A stretch of DNA of 64,000 bases from contig MU058221.1 in the NCBI GenBank assembly GCA_013265495.1, positions 3,224,001-3,288,000 on the forward strand. The letters are read 5' to 3'. Positions 23,489 through 36,549 of the stretch are shown here, in pieces (positions within the stretch are counted from its first letter, which is position 1; each line of letters starts with the position of its first letter). The stretch is from Vicugna vicugna. Its lineage: Eukaryota. Made by a program: the position numbers and the translations under genes. Under the pieces are notes generated by a model that did no database searches, was not told the DNA's origin, and was given only the letters and a program-made list of their open reading frames with translations.

Positions 23489-24887
23489 CTGTAAAGACAA
23501 TCAAAACCTCAGAGTAAGAGAACAAATTTAAATTAGACCTAGCCCTAAAAATAGGGGCTAGCCTTGGGGAAAAGAAGAGCCATGAATTAACTGAAAACAT
23601 TTCACAAGGCTCCCTCTGGCTGTGCTTCGGAGAATAATGAACACTGTCTGGGGTTCGAAGGGAGCGGGGGAGGGGGGGAGTCAGAAACTTTTGTTACTAA
23701 TTCAGGTGAGAGCTGAGGGAGGCTTTTAAGCCAGGGTGCATCTGGTGGTGATGCTGAGAAGTGGTAAGTATCTGAGTGTGAAGGTAAAGCTGGCAAGACT
23801 TGCTGACAGGTGAACATAACACGTGGAAGAAAATAATGAATCTAAATAATACATCACTACCGAACGCATCTGGTTAAACTGAGAGAATGTTATTTCTTGG
23901 AACAATATTCTCCAGTAGAGCCATCGTATTCAGGTTATTTTTTCCTAGGGGTCAAACGTAATAGCATTTTGTTCTAAAGGAGTAGATGGGATTTAAAAAA
24001 TCAGCAGGTTTACTGTTAACAGGAAAAGGTGGGCACAAAAACTTGACTCCTCGCTGAAAAGTTCTACCCGAGTCTGGCTTTATCTAAGATGATGTATCTT
24101 GGAAAATGAACTAATGACAAACAGACTTACAAGTATGCAATGACCAACTGCTGAGAATTTTACAAACAGTTGTCCTTTACAATCTCCATTATAAACAGAC
24201 ATTTAAGATATTTGTCACATTAATTTGTTACCTATTTTTGCTAATTCTTTATTTCTTACTTGTTTCTTATTTGTTATCTGTTATTTAATTTTTATCTTAA
24301 ATTCTGTTACCTATTTCTTTCTTCATAAAATTCTCTATTCATTCGATTTATGGAATCCACTTTTTTTGTTTTCCGGGATTACTTTCTCTACTTTTATCCA
24401 AATGCTCTTCATCTGAGGAATTTTATTTATGATTTTCTCTTTCATAATGACAAGTATTAAGTCTTTCTTACACACAATTTTTTTTCAATGCATGATGTAT
24501 ACATATTAAGTTCTCAATGAATGTTGAATGAATGAATCAGTGAATGTAGTAGTGATTCTCAAAAGGCAATAGCATATGTCAGTGGGATAAGGTCACACAG
24601 AATTTCCAGAAGTGTCTTTTTAAAATTACAGTAAAGATTTTGGGCATCTACGGGCTGCCACCCAGCCCCACCCACCCAGCGCACTCGGGGTGGGCAGTGG
24701 GACTTGCATGAACCCGTGAGTGTGGCTGGTCTAGTGTCTCGGACTTGGACTTCCCATTTACTCCCAGAGCTTCGGTCGCCACCAAATGCTAAAAACACCC
24801 AAATCTCCATCTCTAACACTGCCCTTCTTTCGTCAGCGCTTCACCTGTTCATTTATAAGTCTTCTGGTTATATTCTTAATTAAATCC

Positions 24888-25356
24888 TGGTAGGCAGCTT
24901 CTAAGGCAATCCCCACATTTGGAAATACTCTAGTGCAGTGTGCTTGAACATCACGTTGGGATTGGCCTTTGTGATCAACAGCGTATCAGGTCATTTCTGA
25001 GAGGAGGTTATAGAAAAGACAGGGTGTTGTCTCTTGAATTCTCTCTTTCTCGGATGATTTGCTCTAGAGAAAAATGTGTCATGAGCAGCCTGATCGAGGG
25101 GTCTTCATGAGGAACTGACGGCTTCTGCCAATAGCCACGTGAATTAGCGTGGGACTGCTCCTAACCGATGTGAATACAGACCTGCCCAGATCTGCACTGC
25201 AACCTCGTGAGAGACTGAGCCAAAACCATCCTCCAAAGCCACTTCTAGACTCCTGATGCTCCAGATTCCGGATGCTGACACAGAATGTGTGAATTAACAA
25301 ACACTTGCTGTTTTAAGCGGCTACGATTTAGGACCGTTTGTCATGTAACAATAGAT
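24888..25356 (+). mobile_element. MLT1 (MLT1E/F-like) solo LTR
   Basis: TGGTAGGCAGCTTCTAAGG...GAGGAACTGACGGCTTCTGCCAATAGCCACGTGA...CTGCAACCTCGTGAGAGAC...TGCTGTTTTAAGC...ACAATAGAT. Confidence 0.8.
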
Positions 25357-25706
25357 TTAAAAAAAAACTGAAGTACAGTCAGTTACAGTGTGTCAGTTTC
25401 TGGTGTACAGCACCTTGTCCCAGGCATGGATCTACACACACAGATTCGTTTTCATATATTTTTTCATTAAAGGTCATTACAAATACCGAACACTTTTCAC
25501 AGAACTAGAACAAACGTTAGGAGGCGAAAGACTTATACACAGAGAACTACAAAACAACGATTAAGAAAATCAAAGATGACTTAAAGAAATGGAAAGATAT
25601 CCCACGCTCTTGGATTGGAAGAATCAATATCGTTAAAATGGCCATGCTGCCCAAGGCAATCTACAGATTTAATGTGAACCCTATCAAACTACTCAGGACA
25701 TTTTTG
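25357..25706 (-). mobile_element. Young L1 insertion with 5' inversion (twin priming)
   Basis: Antisense 3' UTR end (about 25360-25490) joined to a sense ORF2 piece (about 25519-25705) translating as [73 protein letters not shown] (25348-25356 / 25707-25715). Confidence 0.85.
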
Positions 25707-27494
25707 ACAATAGATATTCATAGAGCATCTAACACTCAAAGTAGCTTGAGTTGAAATTATTCTGTTGAACCCAACGTGTTTTTTCTTCCTTTATTCTCTC
25801 CCCAGGTCAGTGATGCCACTGTCAGCTCAGTGGCTCATGACCATCCTGAAATTTTCTTCCTTCCTCAAGTCATCATATTTAATTAGGCTCCAAGTATACT
25901 AAATTTATCCTCCTTATTTTTCCCTTAAATATCTTTATCCCCTCTGCCTTCGCCTTAAGGCTGAGGACTGAACCATGTGAAATGTGACTTGGATTCTCCT
26001 CGCATTAATAATTCAGAACTCACTCTGTGCTATATTAGATACCTGCATGAGATTCTACCCCACAGGACTTCATTTTTTCCCCCTTTATTTAAAATAATTA
26101 CCTTTCTGAATTTAAAATATACTTTCCATGGCATTTCCATGACTGGTCAGGATAAGAAATTCTGGAAAAAAAGTCTTGCTATTAATTATAACTTACTCTA
26201 GTACTTACTCTTGTGTTAATTATAACTTTCTATAGCACGAAAAATATTTTGTGTTTCTGGTGAATATAAAACTCAGTAAAACCTCACATTTTAAGCAGGT
26301 CTTATTAAATTCATTTTTATAATTCAGGATGCTAAGCTTTAGAGAGTTTATAGACAGAGGCTACATAAAAATAATACCTTAGTGAACTCATGCTGAAATC
26401 CAATAATCAGTCAGTTATTTTTTTAAGATGCATGGAATGTAAAGTCCCCAGTGGGCACACTTGTCTCTCTTATTCTTTTCCATCCTATTTGTTGCTAAAA
26501 ACACATTCTGGTACAGAGAAGGGGTTCAACATTCATTGGATGGGTGACTGCTCAGTATGATAGTTTGTGCATAGGTGAAACTTAATTTTAGGCTACAGAT
26601 CTACCTCTGTCCTGCTTTCTATGCAAACAATGCTGAACAATAGTTTCATCAAGAAAACTGCTTTGATCCTGGAAAGAACACATTGTCTTGTTCTTCTCTA
26701 TCCACCACGAGCCTTACGTAATCCACTGAGCCTCAGACAAGAGAAGATTCTAGGAATCACTTAGCCAAGGTCACTTCACAAGAGAGCTACACAGCTCACA
26801 GGAGATGCCAGACTAAAACAAAACTGGGACAGGCGTCCTGCAAGAAACTCGTATTTAAACACCAGAGCCCAAGGCCGCAGGGCAAGGATAAAGGGGAGAG
26901 GATGCGGAGTGTGGAAAACAAGGTCTCTCAGGCACCAGGTGGCCCACAGTCATTTCCTTTTATTTCCGTCCAGGAATCAGCCACTTGGACTCTTCTGTGT
27001 TCCTCAAATACGCACCTACAACCTTCGGTGTTTCTGTTTACAATTTGCACTCTTCTTGGGACGGTCTTTACCTCACACCCTTCCTCTGCTGACCACAACC
27101 TTCCTTTCCTTCCATCTTTGTTAAAATCCTTGCCAGATCGTCTCAATAAAAAGAAGCCTGCATATCCCAGCGGCTCCGTGTCTTTTCTGTATTGCAGAGT
27201 TAACTGAATTATGAGTATATGACAGTTGTTTGCCTCGCTCTGTCCCCTCCTGGAAGAGAGCACTTCAGAGGGCGTAGCCGTGCTCTTTCCACGTTTTCAG
27301 TCTCTAAGTAGTCATCATGGTATTTGACATACGATAGAAAAAGTTCAATAATTGCTGAACTGAATGGAACTGAAGGCTGAGAAACTTTCCAGTTCAGGGA
27401 TTTCCTTGTTTTAAAAAAAAAGCACAATGCGTGTAACAAAGGCAGTTCTTGATGTGGAGAAATCCCCATGAAAGCAACTTGGCTTGGAGAGGCT

Positions 27495-27765
27495 TCTTTT
27501 TTATTTTATTTTATTTTATTATTTTATTTTATCTTATTTTATTTTATGTTATTGAAGTATACTCAGTTTACAGGGTTGTGTCAGTGTCTGGTGGACAGCA
27601 CGGTGCTTCAGTCACACAGGAACACACACAGACTTGTTTTCATGTTCTTTTTCACCATAGGTCACTACAAGATACTGAATATAGTTCCCTGTGCTGCACA
27701 GTAGAAACTTACTGTTTATCTCTTTTATGTATGTTACTTAATAGCTGCAAATCTAAACTCCCAAA
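27495..27765 (-). mobile_element. Young L1 3' end with (TTTTA)n tail
   Basis: (TTTTA)n then ATTGAAGTATACTCAGTTTACA...AATATAGTTCCCTGTGCTGCACAGTAG. Confidence 0.88.
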
Positions 27766-28989
27766 GCTGCTTAAGGACAGCAGTGCTGACTTTCGGCCTT
27801 CACCAGATCCCTCCTTTTCTGGCAGGATGGCGCTTTTCCAACGACAGCAAACAAGAAGAGGAAACAGTGGCCGCCACTTGCGAAGTATCTTCCCTTCCTT
27901 GGGTTTAGTTCTAAGAGTGGCTCAGTACCGGCAGCCCAGAGAAAAACTTGCACAAAAACTAAGGGACGAAGTGGGGGGGGAGGAAGAGGGGGAGACAGTC
28001 AGAGGGGGCCAATTTTAGCACAAACACCTGGCACACCTCCAGTCCCACTTAAAGCCTTGACGTGAGAAAGCGTCTACATCTGCTTTGATTTCTCAGCAAA
28101 GAAAGCAACGAAGAGCAAACAGGGGAAGTCATGCCTGAAGCAGGGGCTGTGGGTTGCTGCACCTCGCACCTCAGATTTATGGCGCTGGGGTGATCTGGGG
28201 CACAGAGAAGTTGCGAATCACGCAAGCCGTCGCTTGTGCCTTCTGTGTGGATATCAGACAGAGATTGGCCTGTGGCTACAAGTCTGTTTTACTTACAGCT
28301 GTTAGCTCTCAGGTCAACGGTGGATGGGGGCACCCTGTCCTCTTGGAAGGAGGAGTTGTAAGACCTGAACTTGAAAGCTGTCCTCTAAACTCCCTTCTAC
28401 CCTTTCCGCCAGGTCTCAGCTGTAACCATCCCTCTTCATCTCACCTCCCGAACACATACTAAGCCAGGAGAGCCAACAGCCTTAAAAAAAAAAAAACAAA
28501 AAAACCTCTATAGTTTCTCAAATCTAAGCTTCTATTTTCATCCTTTAGTTTCACTGGAGTTGACTCTGGGAAGTGGAGCCAGCAATCTGCACAATTTTTT
28601 TCATCTTGATGAGAAACTGCAACTTGCTCTCCCAACTCCTTGTACCTGTTACCCTGTCCATCTTATCCGACTCCTTCTTCCCTTCTGCTTGCGGAACTGC
28701 GGCTCATCTGTACCTCCCAGGTCCATCTGTGTCCGAGTCTTTAAGAATTTTTCTCTCAGCGGATGGAACACATCTGTCTCTTTTGTGTGCAGACGTGGCA
28801 TTTAGTACATGACTCCTTCACTGCTCTTCTGCACTGTGCTGCCAACTTTTCTTCACTTATGCACCATTAGGTCAGGGAACAGTTATTCATCTTTGTATCC
28901 TGAACTGTAAATACGGGGCCTGGCTTATATGTATTAAGTGTTGCTAAAAGGAATTTGAAAGAAAAAAGAAGAACACCAAAGTAACCTGT

Positions 28990-29285
28990 GGCATATATCC
29001 AGAGGGAACCGTAATTCAAAAAGACACATGCACCCCAGTGTTCACAGCAGCACCATTTACAACAGCCAAGACATGGGAACAACCTAAATGTCCATCATGT
29101 CCACAGAGGACTGGATAAAGAAGCTGTGGTATATTTATACAATGGAATACTACTCAGCCATAAAAAAGAATAAAATAATGCCATTTGCAGCAACATGGAA
29201 GGACTTAGAGATCATCATTCTAAGTGAAGTAAGCCAGAAAGAGAAGAAAAATACCATATATCACTCATGTGGAATCTAAAAAAAT
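28990..29285 (+). mobile_element. L1 ORF2 C-terminal fragment
   Basis: ORF 29088-29279 contains WIKKLWYIYTMEYYSAIKKNKIMPFAATWKDLEIIILSEVSQKEK, the L1 ORF2p C-terminus; ends at the A-run after GGAATCT. Confidence 0.92.
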
Positions 29286-29329
29286 AGGGAATCATTTATA
29301 TGAACAGCATCCTTTATGTAAATAAACAT

Positions 29330-29700
29330 GTGGTGAAGACTGCTGGTTGGCCAGGGAGATCTGGTCTATCCTTATTCGGTAGCAAAAGAACTGCAGTTGG
29401 AAATATGACTTCCCAGGAAAAGACCATCGTTCCTTGACCTCCCCTATATTTAGTTTGGGATATTTGACTAAATGCTGGTCAACGGGATGCAGGCAGACTT
29501 AATATTTATAAGTTCTGATTCATCATTAGCTTAAAAGGTATGAATGTAGCCTTGCCCACCCTCTCTTTTCTTGCTCATGAGACGGAACACTTCTGGGGAT
29601 GGCAGAATTTTGAAATGAATGAAAATTCATCCCTGGATGATGATTAAGATCAAGATTGGCCTCGGGATTGTTTGTAAGAGACTGTTTCGTAACTCATCTA
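29330..29700 (+). mobile_element. Old MLT1-type LTR fragment
   Basis: TTCCTTGACCTCCCCTATATTTAG...TGACTAAATGCTGGTCAACGGGATGCAGGCAGA, resembling MLT1H-K. Confidence 0.45.
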
Positions 29701-31564
29701 TATCACTGCGTTCGCTCACTGACAGCGGTTTGGTTTTTATTCTTACTAACAGAAGGTACTGAAAAGCTATCACCTGGAAGGGTCCGCTTTCTGGGGGGGT
29801 ACAGAAGAGACAGGTAGAGGAGATAGAACAGAGACGTGAGAAAACTGGTTATGACAGACAACAGAGAAAAGACAACTGAAAATAAAGTGAAATTTGAAAA
29901 AACTGGGTTCCATGGGAACTCTACTGAAAAGCAGGACACAGATAAACCAAGTGCGTGGGGCGGTCATTTATTACTTCCAGACAAGGACATACCTCCTGTT
30001 AGACGCTTTCTCCTAGAGCAAAGCATGAAAGAGGAGTGGGTAATTCAGTTCTTTCAGGTGACAGGAGGGAGTGCAAATCTTCTGAGGTCTTACAAGCCCT
30101 GGACAGCTGGCATGTTCGTGTCCACTCTCTGACACACCTAACTTAGAACCACGAACCCTAAATAAGGAGACTCTGTGACACGCTGTCTCTTAGCTCATCC
30201 CACAACCACTGATCACTGCTTTAAATTGCTCCACCAGGTTTAGGGGAAGTAATGTGCAGAAGCCCATTCGTACTCCCACCTCATGGCTTTTATAACCAAG
30301 TAGACATACTGGGTCTATCTGAGCAGGGTGAGAGAGCCAGCCCACGACCGTGCCAGGTCAGCGAGCCCTTGTGGTCACTGGATAACTCAGCTCCACCAGC
30401 TCAACGATGGGGCTACCCAGCCAAAAAGAAGTCGGACTTTCCCATTTTGAGGTTACATCAATATTTTCCTCAACGTGGGAAAATTTCATGCCAGCTAAAC
30501 AGGTAATCACAAGATGAGGAAATCATTTTAATTCAGAGTGTATCAAAAACAAAAAATAAAAATCCACAACAGGATTAACAGCTCAAACACCAGCGAGCTC
30601 TGTGAGCAACGGCGATGGGCTTGGCCACCTATCGTCGTCTTCAGCGGCAGCTTGGTTTTTATTTTTCAGAACCCTCTCTAATCAGACTCTCGAAATGACG
30701 CCCCACCAGCAAACTCCAAATTACATCTGACAAACCAGAGATTCAATTCCAAATATTCTGCGTGTTCTAATACACAGCTGAGAGTCCAGAGAAACATGCC
30801 CAGCATAGCAAATGATGGAAGGGAACACCAACAGAATGCGTAATGCAAAATCCATACTCGGTGGTTAGCTTTTTTGTTTTTCTTTTATAATTAACGAATA
30901 CTGGAAAATTCTGTTTGTGAAGAAGTTGGATTAAAACCATAAATTCTTATCGAAGCAGTCAGGTACAGCTTTGACATTATTATGCACTGTGAGAGGTGCT
31001 TAAGCATTCAACTGTTTGAGGTACCATCACCAAATGGCTTTAGTTTGAATTTTTTTTAATAAATTTTAAAGGTCCAGAGGAATCCAAGTATTTCTTTGAA
31101 GCCTACACTTATACAATATTTTATATTTTCTTTAATCATTTCAAATATTATGCTTAAGGTACTTGGAGTCCCATCTCCAAAGATTCTGGCTTCCTAAGAG
31201 CATCCTTGGGCCCTGCCCATGAGCAACACCTGCCTTAAGACATGGGTACTGTTGGCACTTTAGAGACAGTGACCCAGGCCAACAGTGAGCATTTCAAGAC
31301 TGGAGGTAACACAGGTGAGGCGGAACTTTCACGATGTTTCAGGTCACATCATGCAAACAAATGGCTTCCTCACTGGCTCACTTGCTCCTTTGGAGAAATG
31401 GGATTTGATCAGACCAGGAAACATTTTACCGGGATTATGGGATTTTGTGATTCTTTGTGCACCTCACAAGGCCAGTGTTTTGTGGAATATTGGGGAGGAA
31501 ACAAAAATATCACCATTTTTTTTAAAGCTGTTATTTTAGAACTTCTGATTTCTCTCTTTCTTTT

Positions 31565-32720
31565 CACATATATTTAGCATGTGATTGTTATGTAACAATG
31601 GTCCCTTGAGTAGGAATAAAGTCGTGAACAAGCAGGGCAAAGTTCTTGTGTTCATGTAACTTACAGAGGGTAAAACAGATATTAACCAGTAAACAAGAAG
31701 GAAATATTTTAAATTTTGGTACTTGTAATGCTATGAGGAAAAAATAAAGCAAGTTAAGGAAATGGAAGAAGGGAGGGGGTGTCTATTTCATAAAAAAAGT
31801 ACCCAGAGAATAATTTATCGAGGTGATGCTTAAGAAGCGCTCTGAGAATGAACATAACAGCCATGGCAAATCCTAGATGGCCACGGTTTCTACTTTCCAA
31901 GCACCGTACACGGATACAATCATTTAATCCTCATCACAGCTCTCAGAAGTAGGTGCAAACATTATCCTCGTTTTTAGACGGACTGAGAGTGTCAGGGATT
32001 AGGTGACGACTCCCCCACGGCCATGCACCTACCAGGTGTTGACGCTGGGCTTTGAGCCAGGACGTCAGACTTCACCGTCCATGTTCTAAACCATCCCACG
32101 GCCCCGGCGAGAGCCCTCTGTAGGCAGGGGGAGCGGCGGTGGTGAGACTGCAAGGATGTCAGCGCCCCGAGAGGTCGGGATGATCCACCTCAATGTGGCT
32201 GCGGAACAAGTGAGGAGGAGAAGGGAGTGAGGTATCAGACGAAATCAGGGAAGCAGGTATTTCACGCTGTTCATAAAATTAATGTGACTCTAAGCGTATA
32301 TTGTACTGTATATCTGAGTGCGTATCTAAGTGTGTCTCTAACTGTGTATCTAAGTGTGTCTCTAACTGTATGTCGTACTGCTCCTATACAATGGGTTGTG
32401 CTAAACAGCTGGGGGTTAATAATGAACACACTGAGAAACCTTGCAGGCTTTTGGGTAGGGAAGCAGCATTATTTTAGGTTTTGAGAGGCTCCATTTGGCT
32501 GTATCCAGGTTGATGGAGTTTGGGTTAGCAAGTTTGCAACCTGAGAATAATGAAAGTACCATTTCTGCAGGCCGGTGATGATGGGGAGAGTTCAGTCTAG
32601 TGTTAGGAGCTGGGAAATGTGATAACACGGGGATATATTTGAAGGCTGAGCCATCATGACTGCGTAGATCACATGTGGGAAGGAGAGAGGTGAAAAGACT
32701 TCAGAGTAGGGTGTTTTAGA
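31565..32720 (-). mobile_element. L2 fragment interrupted by a MIR (about 31885-32100)
   Basis: L2 antisense motifs GTGAACAAGCAGGGCAAAGTTC...CATGTAACTTACA and GGATATATTTGAAGGCTGAGCCA; MIR motif CATTTAATCCTCATCACAGCTCTCAGAAGTAGGT. Confidence 0.65.
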
Positions 32721-35700
32721 CCTGTTAATATGCCACCTGAAATTTAAGACCATGAGCTAAATTGACTCATTTATACACCAAAAAATATATATATTTGCAA
32801 ATGTTATGACACAAATATTAACACACCATTTCGTAACTCTAACAGGCACACTTTTCCACACTTTAGCACATCTGAAATTGTTATGCTGCTCATTCTTCAT
32901 AATAATTCAGGTGTAATAAAATATTATCATTGGACTTGATTTTCTCAGTGGAGAAAACATTAGCATTTGATGATTTGCTAGGTCTCAGCTTCCCCCGCTA
33001 TTTCCACATTCACAGCTCTCTTTCACAGGAGTCTCTACCAGAATACCGGCAATTTGTTAAACAGTTTTGCGTTGTTCTTCAAGCATGCTCTGCAGGTACG
33101 TCACGCTTTCATTAAGGACAGCACAAACTATTTTAGAGAAGTTTTCCTTCTGTGTACTCAGCCCAGAGTCAGACGTGGAGTAACAACTCAATGAATGACT
33201 CCCGAATTGATAGAACAGTGGGATGCGGTACCGTCCAGAATTTATCTGCATCATTTAAGAGCCAGCTAAGTGTCTGTTTCTTCGGCCTCACTTTTCTGTT
33301 GGCTAATTGGCTATGAGAGGAAACAGAAATGTCATCTGCATAATCAAAATTCCAGCAGGAGAGCAAGGGGCAAGGGAAAATGTACTTTAAGGAAATGATA
33401 AATGGAAACCAGAAAGGTTACTGGAGAATGGGGCATGGGGAAGGGACCTTTCCGGTAGAAGCACAGAACCTAATATATACTGGCAGGGTATATTTGGTTT
33501 TCCTCTTCCAGACAAGCTCTTTCTCTTTTCTTTTGCCTTTTAATATCAATTTATTGCATAACAAGACTAAACAGATAGAAAAAAAAATACCAAAACCTAT
33601 GGGGAAATTCAAAACACTCATATTGTATAAATATGATGAAGTTCAAAAACGCATTTTGAAATCTGCACAGATACACTTAGCAAGATGCTATAATGGTAGT
33701 GTTCCTTCAAATAAATAAAACATACAGTCAAATTTAAATATATATGCCAATTAAATATATATTGTCCTAACCATCATACCAGCATAATTAAATCAACACC
33801 AGGAAAGAGAATTTTTGGAAGGCAAGTCCATGTTTTCCCCCTAGTGGCCTGGTAGTCAATTAAAGTGATTTGGTTAAAGAAATCAGGGTGGATAGAAATT
33901 AATAAATCAAGAAAGAGCAGAATGTGGTCACAGTGAAAGAGCAGTAAAAAATTTACAGGCGTGAAACAACAACAGAGTTCATTAGGCTACATACTTAGCA
34001 AGTTGATTTAAAAATTCAGACCCTCTGATTTTGATCTGCAGTGGAGCGTCCTGGTGGCAGGCATTCAAAGGCAGCTAGACTGTGCGCATCCCAGGCCTGG
34101 GTAACCGCAGACAGCTTAAATCACAGTCTCCCCTGAAAACAACCCTGCCACAGCCACCTTCACTCTCTTAACGTACATAAAAACCACATCACCTCTCTGA
34201 AAGTCACGGGGACCACTTCTGTACATGGAATGCAAAAATCAAAACATAATGAGATATTTTTCCACATCCAGCCATGCATACCTGTTAAATCAATAGATCT
34301 TTGGTTCAAAAGCTACTGGAAATTACAAGAATACCAAACACGGCCTATTTGATACTATACAGGGTAAGAAGTAAAACACAATGTATTTAATATTTCAGCA
34401 TATAATGCGAGTATCATCATATGGAATGATCAGAGGAAACCATCACAGTGCCACACCACACTTCAGAGCAAACAGGATACATGGAATAAATGGTGAGACA
34501 TACATTTTTCTTGTTTTGAATTCACCTTCCAGAAGCCTCCACAAAGCCACTCTAAGCCATACAGTGTCTGGAATTTTTATTGACTAATTATCCACGTCAC
34601 AGTTTATTCCAGAGATTCGTGCGTGGAGCAAAATACAAAGTCAACGTGGAGGCTTCTGTGCCCAGAGCTCTGTAAACTCGGGGGCGTTGCCTTACAGGAA
34701 ATCCACAATAGCCGTCTGACCCGCCCTGATCACACCCAAGTCATCAGTGACACACAAACCTCATACATGAAGGCTGTCTGAGGAATTTGGACAGGAAAAA
34801 TGAAATTGGGCCAAACAGAAACCAAACAATTCATGAAAAATATAATAAACAAAGTTCCAGAAGGACTTTCAAACCAGGGAAGCAGGAAGAGTGGCCACAT
34901 CACCTCGTAGGTATATGACATACTCCCTGGGGGTCAAGGCAAGACGAGGTTCAGGATTAAGATGAGCAGAGACTTCAGGAAGGAGCACCTTTGCATTAAC
35001 TGACCCCGAAACTCACAGAAATGGGTAATAAATGGGTAATCAAACAAATAAATCACCTGCACTATACAAAAAATGATCACAGTCTCACGCCATATGCTCT
35101 GAAAAATATTACCTAGCAGACACAATAAAATGTAATACAAGTGTTGAAGGCACCTCTGACCTCCGCGTGGGCAGGGCGGGGCCGTTGAGCTCGGCTCACT
35201 GGCAGCTTGGCACACAGGGGACCCTCAGTTTCCACCTGCCGAGTGAGGGGCACTACACTTAGACCACTGTTCCCGAACAACCTCCTGGAAGTCAATGGGA
35301 CTGATTTCAAAGGTCCTCATAAAGACCTTCATCTGGGGTATTGGAGGCAGGTGTGGGATCAGGCCAGAGCAGAAAGCCGTTCTCCAGAGTGGGGTCAATT
35401 TCCACTGAATCTAAGTGCAGAGGCAAGGGGGCCAATGATGCAAACAGGCTGTTTTTTCCCACCTTCCCTCCAAGTCAGTTACGGAAGACTGAAGAGAAGG
35501 TAGGTACAGAGAAGATGAAGAATAAGTTGCACTTAATTTTAAGGCTGCTGCTCAAAGTTGACTAGGCAGAGATGAATGCGTCCTGACACTCCAAAAAAAA
35601 AAAAAAGGCTCGTGAGAAAATTTTCAAAGAAACACCTTCCGTAAAGAAACATACTTGGCTAAATTTCATGTCAGATTTTCAAGGAATAGATAACTTTCGA

Positions 35701-36074
35701 GCTATTTTACCTATTTTAATTACTAAAAAATAAAGAAAGAAAAATCAGTCCTAGTTTTTTTTTAAACAAAAATGCACCACTCTATAGCTGACAAAAACTA
35801 AAAGTTTCATATTCATTTCTAATGAAAAATAATGCAGTAACTCTAGAGTGATGGTTTTGAAGATGGTGAAGGTATTCACACATTTAATTCCTGCAGTAAA
35901 ACATCATCATTAAACAATGGACTTGTTTAATATAAACTGGCCCTTGGGCTTGCAAGCTGTTGACTTCCTACAACGAATGATGACTGAGAATTTAGTCATC
36001 TTGCCCAATATTATTCAAATCCTATTTTTACTTACTAAATTGGTTATCACTATGTTGCTTCTATGACTAGTGTC

Positions 36075-36549
36075 TGTGAACGAAAAATACTGCAAACCAC
36101 ATCAGCAAACAAAATGCTGAAGCCATCAGGCCATCAGCGGCTGCCCCACCCCCCAGTGAGGACCAGCCCGCAGCCTGGCCTCTGCAGCCACTCACCATGG
36201 CGCCCCCTGAGGGGACTCAGAACAGGAAAGGGCAGGACACTGGCCCTAGACAGCTCGGTGCTTGTCAAAGGAATGAATTCGATGAGCCCAAATGCTTGCT
36301 CCCTCCCATACATAGAAAAGCGCTAAATTCTTTCACTCGAGATGCCTGGTTTTCTTTAGGTAACAAGCAATCTTTTATTGTTCCAACTACCTGGTCCTCC
36401 TTGTAAAGCCCCTATGTATCCCAGCTCCCCCCCACCTCTCAGGAGCAGCCCCTCAGAGAGACCTGAGAGGCCGTCATCCCGGCTGGAGTCCTCCCGCCAA
36501 ATAAAACATAATTCTCAGCTTTTAGGCTGCGCATTCATTTCAGTCGACA
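36075..36549 (+). mobile_element. MER41-like ERV1 solo LTR
   Basis: TGTGAA...GTCGACA termini, 4-bp TSD TGTC (36071-36074 / 36550-36553), AATAAA near 36500; reverse-complement homologue of 22996-23488. Confidence 0.88.

Larger units (their letters stand above)
24720..26060 (+). mobile_element. L2 fragment split by nested MLT1 and L1 insertions
   Basis: L2-like CACCAAATGCTAAAAACACCCAAATCTCCATCTCTAAC before 24888 resumes as GCATCTAACACTCAAAGTAGCTTGAGTTGAAATT after 25725. Confidence 0.55.

Noticed and set aside
27449..28018. Longest ORF in the track (189 aa)
   Set aside because: Runs through a (TTTTA)n tail and an antisense L1 3' UTR; the F/I/L/Y-rich stretch is a microsatellite artefact
29088..29279. 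ORF with a recognisable protein motif
   Set aside because: It is the C-terminal fragment of L1 ORF2p, not a host gene
32322..32369. 24-bp tandem duplication GTATCTAAGTGTGTCTCTAACTGT x2
   Set aside because: Ordinary local slippage in low-complexity sequence
23489..36074. Interval between the two MER41-like LTRs as a provirus
   Set aside because: The LTRs are in opposite orientation, each has its own TSD, and no gag/pol/env remnants lie between them
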